This document shows positions 1-11,900 of a stretch of DNA of 64,000 nucleotides, in pieces. Location of the stretch: NCBI RefSeq assembly GCF_902652985.1, contig NC_047032.1, forward strand, positions 13,950,001 through 14,014,000, read 5' to 3'. The notes under the pieces were generated by a model. That model ran no database searches. It saw only the letters and a program-made list of their open reading frames with translations, and was not told the origin of the DNA. Position numbers and translations under genes: made by a program. Each line of letters opens with the position of its first letter. The stretch's first letter is position 1. This stretch comes from Pecten maximus (lineage: Eukaryota).

Positions 1-264
1 TAAAATGAATTACAATCATTTGTTTATATCATTGGTTTGTCAAAAATCATCACTATCTTAAACTTGATATCCAAAATGCCATTTCTTTTAATTTTGCAAC
101 TGACTAGTAATACATGTTAATCGTTGATAGATGATCGACAGAAACATAAAATGTCAGAATATTTCCAAATTTTATGGCAAAACTTTATGTTTCAGGGAAG
201 TAGCAAAGTGGATATGGACAGTCGTCAGGTTGAACTGATTACATTGTAAACTATACCAACAAAC

Positions 265-2002
265 CTTGGAAGCTGACGGTACAGTCACCATTAACTGAGT
301 TTTCCTTTCTTCGATCATTTTCTGAGCATTCTGCATCATTTCTTTGATCTGTGGGTGACAAGTGTGACAGAAATTACACAAGTAATCATTCATATACCCA
401 TAACCAAATACATTTATGTTCTAATTTTTTGCTTCTGGAAAGTATTGTTACAAACTAAATTGACTTTCTATGAATATGTATGAACTAGAATATGAAATAT
501 ATTATATACTCAGGTCTTCTGTTTTAAACATGTTACAGGAGACATAGAAAATGTGTATTATGAACAGAGTTTACAGCATATTGCAAAGATTTACATTTCC
601 ATACAAATATTTATCAATTCAAATGACAGAAATTGACTGCTCTTCCATTCAAATATCTTTTTTATCCCAGGATGCCAGACTCCATATAAAATTTAATTAT
701 TTTAAAACAGGATATCATACAAGTGATAAAAGTTATGTTTTTGAAATCCCAGATTAAGTAAACAATTTTTTTTCACCAAAAGAACCCAGATTAAAATGTT
801 GTTCTACTAACAGATCTGAATGAGCTTCCAAAGGAGAAGAGACAAAATGTACAAAATTTCTAAAATCATATCATCAAAGGTAATTTGACCAATTGCTGAT
901 GACTCACCTTGTCTGTAGTAAGCTGACCAGGACTGGGATTGCCTGGACCAGGAATGGCAGGGGGACCATCATCTACAAATCTTCTCTTTCTCTTTGTTTC
1001 TGTTCCTTCATCGCGGTCATCCTTAAACCATGGGTAACATCATGATACATGGACCGATATTGTGGATTATCAATAATATACTTATATAAATAATTTATAC
1101 TTCTAAGCTCTCCAAGAACAAATTTATGAAGCAGGGTTTTAAGCCGACCCTTACCGATTAGCAATTTCGTAAGTCAAATCTCAAAACTGAAGGCCGAAAT
1201 CATGTCAAATTTGTATGTGTATGGAAAGACAAGAGCTAAAATTCTGACAAGTCAAAAATATACTTTCCATACTCAAGTGAAAGCCTAGCTAGTTACAATG
1301 ACAGAATTTTCTGAAGACATTTTCATTGGAACAAGAGACATGAGATGCATTTGTTCTCGCGAGTGCAAACCAGTGAATGAATTAAGATGGCTTTTTTTTG
1401 TCTACAGAATTTCATTTAAAGTTTCAATTATGAATTATGAATTACTTGAATTGGGAATGGGCCCATTATCGGTCCCAAAAAGACCTCAGAAAAAGCCTGA
1501 GTTTGTACCTTCCTCTTTTTCCTGGCATTTCTGTTGGATGCTTTGTAGTCCTCCCATACCCCAAACAACTTGTCAGCAAAACGCTTCGCTTGACCTTCAT
1601 CTAGAATCACCAGTAACTTATCTGTAAAACATAAAATCACAATTATGTAATAGAACACAGGAGTTTTTATTTAAGAAATATTTTCACAAATCATATTTGC
1701 AAAAGTTATTTTCCTTCAAGTGTTTGGAGACTGAAATTAACATAATCCCTTGCTAATGGATTTTGGAATCCTCAATTTATAAGTTAATAGATGAAATCTG
1801 CTGTTCTTTTAAATGTGACTTCTCTTTAGCTATTATTTCTTAAACACGGGCACTTACCAACAGTTTTGTGTTTATCATAACCCTTATCTATACAGTTGAG
1901 AGCTGCAGTGACCAGGGCTGTCTCACTGAACCCAAGAAATTTTTGTACGGTCTTATCCAACAGTGTTTTTAAGTCATCCCATTCCCTGTCGGAGAGCGAC
2001 AT
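265..2002 (-). CDS. PRPF3: U4/U6 snRNP protein Prp3, 5' part (N-terminal PWI domain); gene continues off the left edge
   Basis: Minus-strand coding exons 2002-1858, 1621-1509, 1021-908 and 348-~265, all GT-AG with matching phases (1,0,0). Spliced protein [41 protein letters not shown]...[48 protein letters not shown] closely resembles the metazoan PRPF3 N-terminus (PWI domain; PG..SPG.LT..IK.MM..A...IEERK.QL). The 3' boundary of the last exon is less certain. Confidence 0.9.
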
Positions 2003-2361
2003 GATGTCAGTTCGTGATTTAAACAAAACTTATGATGTTTTTAGTCTCTATGTAAGCTGAGGTCATCCAGAAGTTCCATCTAAGACTAGGGTTCATAGAT
2101 GAATTGTGATTTAATCAACAGGAACCATTTTGTTGATGCTTCCTGTTTCAACAGCCACACATCATCATTCTGAAATAGAAAAAAAAAGTTATAACAGTAA
2201 ACCAATTAAACCAAAGAAGCATGCTCTGTGATCTGTCGAGAGACAACATATTTAACTATGCGTACAAGCCACACAGCTTCCTTTACAAACAATACTTACA
2301 TGTACAAGCTCACATTGATTACAACCAAATGCTTCAAACCATTATATTATTAATGACGATT

Positions 2362-3350
2362 AAATCTAGGGGTGTCATGGATCCAGAATGTTAAATCTAG
2401 GGGAGTCATGGGTCCAGAATGTTAAATCTAGGAGCGTCACGGGTCCAGAATGTTAAGTCTAGGGGCGTCACGGGTCCAGAATGTTAAGTCTAGGGGCGTC
2501 ACGGGTCCAGAATGTTAAGTCTAGGGGAGTCACGGGTCCAGAATGTTAAGTCTAGGGGCGTCACGGGTCCAGAATGTTAAGTCTAGGGGCGTCACGGGTC
2601 CAGAATGTTAAGTCTAGGGGCGTCACGGGTCCAGAATGTTAAGTCTAGGGGCGTCACGGGTCCAGAATGTTAAGTCTAGGGGCGTCACGTGTCCAGAATG
2701 TTAAGTCTAGGGGCGTCACGAGTCCAGAATGTTAAGTCTAGGGGCGTCACGGGTCCAGAATGTTAAATCTAGGGGCGTCACGGGTCCAGAATGTTAAATC
2801 TAGGGGCGTCACGGGTCCAGAATGTTAAATATAGGGGCGTCACAGGTCCAGAATGTTAAGTCTAGGGGTGTCACGGGTCCAGAATGTTAAGTCTAGGGGC
2901 GTCACGGTTCCAGAATGTTAAGTCTAGGGGCGTCACAGGTCCAGAATGTTAAATCTAGGGGAGTCACGGGTCCAGAATGTTAAATCTAGGGGCGTCACGG
3001 GTCCAGAATGTTAAATATAGGGGCGTCACGGGTCCAGAATGTTAAGTCTAGGGGTGTCATGGGTCCAGAATGTTAAGTCTAGGGGCGTCACGGTTCCAGA
3101 ATGTTAAGTCTAGGGGTGTCACAGGTCCAGAATGTTAAGTGTAGGGGTGTCACGAGTCCAGAATGTTAAATCTAGGGGCGTCACGGGTCCAGAATGTTAA
3201 ATCTAGGGGCGTCACAGGTCCAGAATGTTAAGTCTAGGGGAGTCACGGGTCCAGAATGTTAAATCTAGGGGTGTCACGGGTCCAGAATGTTAAATCTAGG
3301 GGCATCACGGGTCCAGAATGTTAAATCTAGGGGCGTCACAGGTCCAGAAT
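2362..3350. repeat. 31-bp minisatellite (~32 copies) upstream of the PRPF3 ATG exon
   Basis: Unit AAGTCTAGGGGCGTCACGGGTCCAGAATGTT repeated head to tail with point variants. Confidence 0.97.
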
Positions 3351-3999
3351 ACTCAACACATTTTGACCATACAAAAATTACATTGTTGATCATTAACAGG
3401 GAAGAGATAATTAAATCTCTACTTCACTATACTTAAATGGTGATAGTATTGTATTCTTCTCCTTTCAGTAATCAACTGTATATTTAAACTAAAACTAGTT
3501 TAAAAGTTTGCAGTAATGTTTTTGTTGGTGTCAGAGCTTACCGCATGTGTGAAATAAATTGACTGCGAATGCACTTGAGCAGCAGTCAGCATAACATAAT
3601 CTCAGTCCCACAGCCCCTTGTTTTATCCATGTTAGGGGGGGGGGGGGGGGGTTATACAGTAGTTCTGATGATCACGAATGACCAGTACGACACGGCGTTG
3701 GGTAGGGGTTTTAGTTCCAATTCAGTGAAAACTAATGGTAAAATGAAGCGACAGATAATTTAAAGTAAGATTATTATCAATAAAAGATTTGACAAAGCTG
3801 GTGTTTTGTAATGAAATGCCAAATGGGCACGTGAATTCAGTTTTGACCGGCTGCTCCACTTTGTGGTTACCTCATCACAGTACGGAATACTCTAGGCTAG
3901 TCTTTCGGTGGACTGCTATAGTCTGCTGGACTTATAAGTGATAGAACGTGTCATCGCAAATAAATGACGTTTAGTCTTTTATAAATAAAACCTACCACG

Positions 4000-4130
4000 C
4001 GCTTACCGATTGAACGCAACAACTTCGCAAAGGGAAAACATGGAACAGGTACCAATTTGCAACAGTAACGCTGATTGGTGCATATACGCAGTTGAAAAAA
4101 TATTGACCAATGAATAACGGCGTGAGAGAA
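4000..4130 (-). promoter_or_regulatory. Putative PRPF3 non-coding first exon and promoter
   Basis: Minus-strand donor G|GTAAGC near 4007 in a locally CpG-richer stretch, with CCAAT motifs near 4073 and 4107. The ATG-containing exon has a strong acceptor (tttctatttcag) at ~2170. Confidence 0.4.
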
Positions 4131-4362
4131 TACCACCTGGTTTCTAAATTTGAACCCATGACAGTGTTTTGGATCCGGATTTAAAAAAAAATTCAACCTG
4201 CCATGTTGACATTTATTCTGCATTTTGAAAACGATTTCAGTTCTGACAGAAAATAACAATCACAAGTAACGTTAGATCTTTTGAAATAAATTCTGACGGT
4301 AAAATTAACCCCAAAACAGCGAGTACATGTATGTTTTTCCTATGATCTTCGATCATTGTGTG

Positions 4363-4664
4363 GAAATTTCCTCAAATTGGGCTAGAATTTTGTCTTGAAA
4401 TATTTTTATTTTATACTCTTTATACTGTATTGCTATTTAGAACATAGATGCATTGTTTATTTTAATTCCCTGAAAGAGTGGATTTTTGTCCACCACTGGA
4501 GACAGACTTCGGAAGTTTCCTCAACTCGGGCTAGAATTTTGACTTAAAATATTTCTATTTTATGCTCTTTATAATATTTCTGTATTGCTATTTAGAACAT
4601 AGATGCGTTGTTTATTCATATTTCCTAAAAGAGCGGATTTTTGTCCACTACTGGAGAAAGACTT
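4363..4664. repeat. Two-copy ~150-bp tandem duplication
   Basis: GGGCTAGAATTTTG...GATTTTTGTCCAC.ACTGGAGA.AGACTT occurs at ~4378-4509 and ~4528-4664. Confidence 0.85.
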
Positions 4665-6254
4665 AATATTCTTAATCTTTTGCTTCCAAAGATCCCTCCT
4701 ATTACAGGAACACCCGAAGATACGTATACTATATATGTATAGCTAGTAGTTTTGTGGTACAGTCGTTGTCTTATGGCATATTTGTTGCTGAGGACCCAGT
4801 TGTTCAAAAAAGGTGATTACATGTAGCTTAATTAATCACTTGATTACTGAAGGTCTCATCTATCCTTTACTTCAAAGCCTGAGTGTGTATAATACCATTT
4901 GAAATGGGCAGGAGGAAGAGACCGATTGGCTTTATAGCTTCATAAGTTAGTTTTAACCGGAATATTTTTATCAAGATTTTAGAATTGTTGTTAAAATGCG
5001 ATAAGCCTAATCACCTTTTGAACAACAGGTTTATATCATATTTATAATTTAGCCACCTTAGATTTCCTACATCACAGTAAAGTATGCATTGGGAGTACAG
5101 AAAACCAGAGAGTACTTACATGTATTTATTTATTTTATTTATCTATATATAATTTTACGTCGCTAAAGAGATTCGGCATTTCGGCCTTTCAGTTGACGAG
5201 AAATAAGGGAAATGATTAAGTGAGGAAGTAGAGAATAATTCAATTTTGTAATACGCAAATCAATTGGCTTAAACGTTATAGTGATCAGGTGATCAGCTTA
5301 TAATTGTGAAATATGAGTCATAGTTTGGCTGGCTAATACATTGGTGTAATACTATTTCTAAGGGAAAAGAGTTTGTCAGCAAAAGCGGAATATCATAGGG
5401 ATTGGTATACACATGCAGTTGTTTAAACTAACAGTGATTACATAATGATTGATTTGTCGCATAGTATTGTTGTGTAGAGACGGTGTATGGCGAACAGAAA
5501 CGAAAGGAGGTCTCAATACCGACTGGTAACCATAACAAATACCAGGAACTATCGTTAAAAAGCTACGAATACGGTGTAGATTGTGTGGGTTTTTATTATA
5601 TCAAGGTTAAAATATTAAGTTAAGTTAAAGACCTCCTTGACTGAAATTTTCCTCCTTCCCATGTGAACTGTATCTGACAGCATGTTACTAGGAGCTGGAA
5701 GGCCATACTTCACTATCAGAATATTTGTGGTTGAGAAACATATGCCCCTCACGTAACTTTCCATAACTGAAGGAATTTTCTAAATTTAAACTTTCCACGT
5801 TGGTTCTGGTGAAGTGATTGATAGAAGACCTTCTTTACATCCGTTGTCCAAAGTGACTCTCTTTATCATCATAGTCCTCTATCCATTTTCAAATGCCATT
5901 CTTTAGCTCTGAGTGGGTATAGGTCGTTTACACTTGTGTGACTATCGACGGGTGCTATATATAGTATATGTCTGGTTGAGAATAAGGCCACCCTCACAGA
6001 GGGTGACACAACATTTATTAATTACGAAAAAGTGATAATACAAGACTATGGGATAAAATTACTCATATAAAAAAATATATACCAAATACATATATATAAA
6101 ACATTACTTTGATCAAACATAAAATAATAAGCCTATGTGGGGTTAACCAAATAAAAACCACCAAAAATACATTGAAGATCAGCACCCATATGATAATGAG
6201 TGTGTGATTCCTCCATTGTATTTTAGTCTGGACTATTATCCGCCTAAAAGTCTT

Positions 6255-6482
6255 GGTTTGTTTTAGGGGTTTAACGTCCTCGCAATAACCAGGGTCACGA
6301 GGACGGATGTCAAGGAGACACCAACAGTCAGGGTCATAAAAGGACGGACCAACAGCCATTGTCATACGAGGACGGATGTCAAGGAGACACCAACAGCCAT
6401 TGTCATACGAGGACGGATGTCAAGGTGACACCAACAGCATCAACAGCCAGGGTCATATGTGGACGGATGTCAAGGTGACACA
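6255..6482. repeat. SINE-end-like sequence with a degenerate ~40-bp internal repeat
   Basis: Starts TTTAACGTCCTCGCAATAACCAGGGTCA (motif family also at 6836 and 60471), followed by 4-5 copies of GAGGACGGATGTCAAGG.GACACCAACAG. Confidence 0.6.
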
Positions 6483-6829
6483 TATAGAGAAAAACAGAAA
6501 GATAGAGAAGTGAGTAAGAAATGAAAGGTTAAGGATCCAAAGTGTTTTGGTCTTTTCAATGACTATATCCCCTAAATTGAATTTGAAGATCCTGATTCTT
6601 CAGGGAGCCCATTTGTTATCGTCTCTCATGACATACTGTGAGATACGACAGACATATTCTTTCCCCACTCATGCACCGAACTCTCAAAAGTTTGGCTTTG
6701 TTCAAAGATTCTTAGTTGTGTTACCTGACGTGTTTGAAATGCGGAAGTCGTCATATACTACCTGATACGTAAATGTAGATCAAAATGGCAGGCGGCGCAC
6801 TATTTTATTGTCAGTGTCGATGGTTTGAT

Positions 6830-7400
6830 ATGGTTTATTGTTTAACTTTCTATCAACAGCGAAGGTCATTTAATAAAGGTATACTCATTCGTTTGAATAA
6901 AGTTTAGGTCGTCAAAATTAAACTTACTATTAAATATGTATTTTCTCCAAATAGTAAAAGCGATGATCTTTACATTAATAAGGCTGTTTTACTCTCAAGA
7001 TAAACCAAAGTTCTTCGAGTATAAAGTCATGAAAATTCTTAATTCGACCCGAAGTATCACTAATTACACATACAGTATTTGTGTACGATACGCCTTTTCC
7101 CTGCACATTTCGGCGTTAATTTCATTACTTGTAGGCCCAAACACTCGATCGTATATATAATCATCGTTCTGATATATATTTCATCAATAGAAATGTGCAT
7201 GTTTCTGATGTGCGAGCGCAGGAATGCCCCTTTAAGGACGTCCTCCCGCGCGTGCGACATGCATCCGTGTGGTGATTGCGTATGCGTGTCTAGGGAGGCT
7301 GCGGTATGTTCGCTTTGTGATAGTCCGGCATTAGTTACAATTCTTACGCCCTACCAGCAGGGCAGTAGTGTCGATGGAAGCATTGTGGACACAGGTACGT
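6830..7400. mobile_element. SINE-like fragment interrupted at TTAA by a ~360-bp MITE (6874-7231)
   Basis: TTTATTGTTTAACTTTCTATCAACAGCGAAGGTCATTTAA (to 6873) resumes as TTAAGGACGTCCTCCCGCGCGTGCG at 7232. An uninterrupted relative lies at 60471-60575. The insert has TAAAGG...CCTTTA-type ends. Confidence 0.6.
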
Positions 7401-8288
7401 GCATATAATGGCAGTGGTCTGGGTACTGTGGACACGTTCCTGTTTGTCATTTTTGTTTCAGTTAACAAATATACTATATAATATTATTTTCCAATTGCGA
7501 GATGATAATTAACGCACCCTGGATGATGTATAACGGCATAACATAGACTTTATTTTTTATTGAGCATACTAGTTAATCAAGCAAAATCGTTTTAAAACCA
7601 CAATTTCGCGTTTCTTTGTTTTTATATTTTTTATTTTGATATAGAAAATTCGCATCTCTACATTGAGACAAGGTAGACAATTCGTTCACATTGGAACCAG
7701 AGAGTATCTTCGAGTGACCTCCCTTAGTCAATCATTGGTTAAAGCCTTACATAGAATTACAAAATATGATATAATACACCCTTATGATGATATGAGAATC
7801 AATACCGCTGTTCTTCATAATTGGAATTAAAACCGGAAAATGAATCCCACTGATTATGGTGGATCTCTAACACGGTGATTCACTCTCTGTACGTAATGAC
7901 CCGCAGGGTACAGTACATACAAATTGGTTTGTTTTGAAGAATGACGGACTAGCGATTGTCATTTTTAATTTTTTTTTCGGCAGTTTTACATGAATAGTAG
8001 ACCTCCAATAAACCCTTAGCGCGGAATCTTTATTTTTTGACTGATCAGCTACATGTATATAGTTTTCTGCATACCTGTTACTTTCCGGACCAAACCTCAA
8101 ATCCCTCTCAAATGCACCAATGTTGTGGCCTATTAGTGCCTTTAGTTTTTTTCTTTCATTTCCTCCCTTTAACCATCGAAACTAATAGCTACGACTCGTA
8201 TTCGGTGAACATGTTGACATTAAGTTTGCATCGTATGTATACCAACTTGAGATGATCGGCAAGTAAATATAAGCCTGCTGAATCTGAT

Positions 8289-9531
8289 GATAAACTTTGA
8301 GTAGAGACTGTCTGCTACATCTTCAGGGATAAACTTTGAGTAGAGGCCGTCTGGTTCATCTTCAGGGATAAACTTTGAGTAGAAGCTGTCTGCTACATCT
8401 TCAGGGATAAACTTTGAGTAGAGGCCGTCTGGTTCATCTTCAGGGATAAACTTTGAGTAGAGAATGTCTGCTACATCTTCAGTGATAATTTTTGAGTAGA
8501 GAATGTCTGCTACATCTTCAGGGATAAACGTTGAGTAGAGACTGTCTACTACATCTTCAGGGATAAACTTTGAGTAGAGGTTGTCTGCTACATCTTCAGG
8601 GATAAACTTTGAGTAGAGGTTGTCTGCTACATCTTCAGGGATAAACGTTGAGTAGAGACTGTCTGCTACATCTTCAGGGATAAACTTTGAGTAGAGGTTG
8701 CTGCTACATCTTCAGGGATAAACTTTGAGTAGAGACTGTCTGCTACATCTTCAAGGATAAACTTTGAGTAGAGACTGTCTGCTACATCTTCAGGGATAAA
8801 CTTTGAGTAGAGGTTGTCTGCTACATCTTCAGGGATAAACGTTGAGTAGAGACTGTCTGCTACATCTCCAGGGATAAACTTTGAGTAGAGGCTGTCTGCT
8901 ACATCTTCAGGGATAAACTTTGAGTAGCTGTCTGCTACATCTTCAGGGATAAACTTTGAGTAGAGGTTGCTGCTACATCTTCAGGGATAAACTTTGAGTA
9001 GCTGTCTGCTACATCTTCAAGGATAAACTTTGAGTAGAGGCTGTCTGCTACATCTTCAGGGATAAACTTTGAGTAGAGACTGTCTGCTACATCTTCAAGG
9101 ATAAACTTTGAGTAGAGGTTGTTGCTACATCTTCAGGGATAAACTTTGAGTAGAGGTTGCTGCTACATCTTCAGGGATAAACTTTGAGTAGAGACTGTCT
9201 GCTACATCTTCAAGGATAAACTTTGAGTAGAGGCTGTCTGCTACATCTTCAGGGATAAACTTTGAGTAGAGACTGTCTGCTACATCTTCAAGGATAAACT
9301 TTGAGTAGAGACTGTCTGCTACATCTTCAGGGATAAACTTTGAGTAGAGACTGTCTGCTACATCTTCAGGGATAACGTTGAGTAGAGGTTGTCTGCTACA
9401 TCTCCAGGGATAAACTTTGAGTAGAGGCTGTCTGCTACATCTTCAGGGATAAACTTTGAGTAGAGACTGTCTGCTACATCTTCAGGGATAAACTTTGAGT
9501 AGAGGTTGTCTACTACATCTTCAGGGATAAA
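8289..9531. repeat. 39-bp minisatellite (~32 copies)
   Basis: Unit GATAAACTTTGAGTAGAGACTGTCTGCTACATCTTCAGG, contiguous, no spacers. Confidence 0.97.
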
Positions 9532-9715
9532 TACCGATATCTTATTGGTGTTTAATGTTGTCCTGTTTAATCATTTAATCTTGTATAGTTACTTGTATTA
9601 TAATTGTGATTATTATTGATCGAATTACTTAATTACAATTGTAATCGCTGCCTTTGACTGTGTATGGCTTGATCTAGTATGCGTTTTGTGTATCATGTTT
9701 GTCACGTGATTGTCT

Positions 9716-10291
9716 ATAGTTAATAATATAGCACCTGGTTTTCACATCGACTTATTAATTGGCAATGTAGACTAGTTCCTTATAATTAACGAAATGCATA
9801 TTTATTTAGAGAACACCAATTTCGTTTACAATTCTCAAAAAACTCTTTCTTTCCTTCTACTTCAGAACTTTGGAACTTGAATAACGATATTAGAAATCAC
9901 GCCTTCTCTAAGTTCCTTCAAGTACCGGCTAATGTAATCAAATCTATGGCAGTAAATAATATATGTAACAAGCAGTTTATTAGCTATGGTCCTAGAAAAC
10001 TGAATATGCTTCACAGCCGACTAAGAAATCGAGCAAGTTCACAAAATTACGATCTGTTTAGAGCAGCTCTAAGATTCGTCTGGTTGTCAATGTGGGCATC
10101 CCTGTGAAGACTGCTACCACGTGATCCTGATTTCTCCCTACCGATTTGTTATGGTCCGGTTTTATAAACATAGATGTTCTTTGTGAGGGTGATTCTAACA
10201 TTTCTCCAGCTGACAATATAAAAATCGCCAAAGCTGCACAATATTTCCTGGAAAGGTCGGGAAGATTCGACTAGCTATCATTCTTAACCCC

Positions 10292-10322
<31 letters not shown>

Positions 10323-10564
10323 ACACCTACCTCTCTCTCTCTCTCTCTCTCTCTCATCAAAAAATAATATTTCCGATAAGTCAATTATTACATTGTCTTT
10401 TCTCGTAGTTTCCTTATCATACTTTCGAATATTCGTATATGCCATCATGTGATTAATGTATATTTATATCATTATGTCATTATTGCGGGAGAAGTCATTT
10501 ATAAGTTGGTAAAACGTATTGACTAATCCCTTTGTCATTTCATGTCAATAAGATATGTTAAAAC
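9716..10564 (+). mobile_element. 5'-truncated non-LTR retrotransposon (LINE 3' end) with 16-bp target-site duplication
   Basis: Degenerate ORF2 C-terminus: NSFFPSTSELWN..DIRN, YGPRKLNMLHSRLRNRASS..YDLFR, CQCGHPCEDCYH, EGDSNISPADNIKIAKAAQYFLERSGRFD*, then a 3' UTR with polyC/(CA)n/(CT)n. Flanked by identical TGTCACGTGATTGTCT at 9700-9715 and 10565-10580. Confidence 0.85.
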
Positions 10565-11184
10565 TGTCACGTGATTGTCTGTTTACTTCTAAATGTGGGG
10601 TTTCCGACCTGACACGCGCAGAAGTCGGTTGAATGTGGTACATAATTAAATCGTTACTTAGATATTGAGTTACCTAAAACAAAGCTCCTAACTTCTACAA
10701 CCCAGGAAACAAACAGTGATTATAATGATAATATTTTCACAAGGAACAAAAATTGCGCGTAAAACGCGGGAACCCATCTGTGAAAAACTGCACTTCATGC
10801 TTATGGTTAGAAATAGCAATACATGTATTACATTTGTAAGAGACAGTTGGTCAGTTAGTGAGAGGGAAGCGTATTTCTTCCAATGTGACAAATACACCTT
10901 TTACATCTCATTTGTGTCTGATTAAGATTATGATATAAAGTGAAAGGCCGTTTGAAATATAAAAACCAAGCAAACTGCTCTTCTAGTCATGTGTGCGTTA
11001 ATATTCACGAATTCATATAAACTAATTGTGACTACTTAAAGATATGTGCTACATTGCACGACGTGACAGTCACTGTATAAGAGTTAACTCCCTTATCGCT
11101 ACAATTACAAAAAAAAATACGCTAATGTTTCAGCATATATATGATACACTTAAAACATGCTGCAGTTTGTATGCAGACACAGGC

Positions 11185-11252
11185 AATAACGACGATAACA
11201 ACCGTGATGATGACGACGACGACCGATGACGACGATGATGATGATGATGATG
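11185..11252. repeat. (GAC/GAT)n trinucleotide microsatellite upstream of the BMP gene
   Basis: Visible GACGAC/GATGAT run. Confidence 0.85.
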
Positions 11253-11900
11253 CATTTGGTCTAGTCCAAGTTTCCTCTGACACCAACACCATTTTGTCCA
11301 TCAAAATGTCTAAGGTGTGGTGTTGATTCCAGGGGAATTCGAGCTAACCCTTGGCTCCAAAGACTTACTTTGGGGAACCCGTCGTGAGCCCCATAGGAAG
11401 TTTTGCTGACCTCAGTGCTCATGCGTAGGAAAGTTAGCTCACTTCGGCGCACAAAGAATAACACGACCTGGCACATTGGAATGTATACATGTACGCGGTG
11501 TAGTACCAACTGTCAGGTGTGCCGAACTCGCTGTGTGTATGGGAGCTATTCCTGCTGTCGTAAAATCTCGTCAACATCAAAGTGCCCTACATTTGTGCTT
11601 AGCTGAACTCCCACACGTGGAGTTCGAACACACCTGTGTGTCAGTTAGGTGACTAACACACAGACCGGACGTTAGGGAGAATATGTGGTGCAGAAGGGGG
11701 TAATTATTTCATTCACCCAGACATTGGGTGCACTCGATTTGTGTACGCCGATTTGCTGCAGTCACAGTCTCTGTGTGGTAATGTGATTTGTGTTATTTTG
11801 ATGTAATTTAAGGATACGTTATAATTAGATTCGTCTAGGAATGTATTTATAAATAGATATTGTAGTATTTGCATCTGTATTCGGCGGATAAACGACCACC

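Noticed and set aside
5690-5950. Possible transposase relic on the minus strand (SYGKLREGHMFLNHKY)
   Set aside because: Too short and interrupted to assign without a database search.
8289-9531. CRISPR-like regular repeats (also 2362-3350 and 45088-47741)
   Set aside because: Contiguous units without unique spacers, eukaryotic context, no cas genes.
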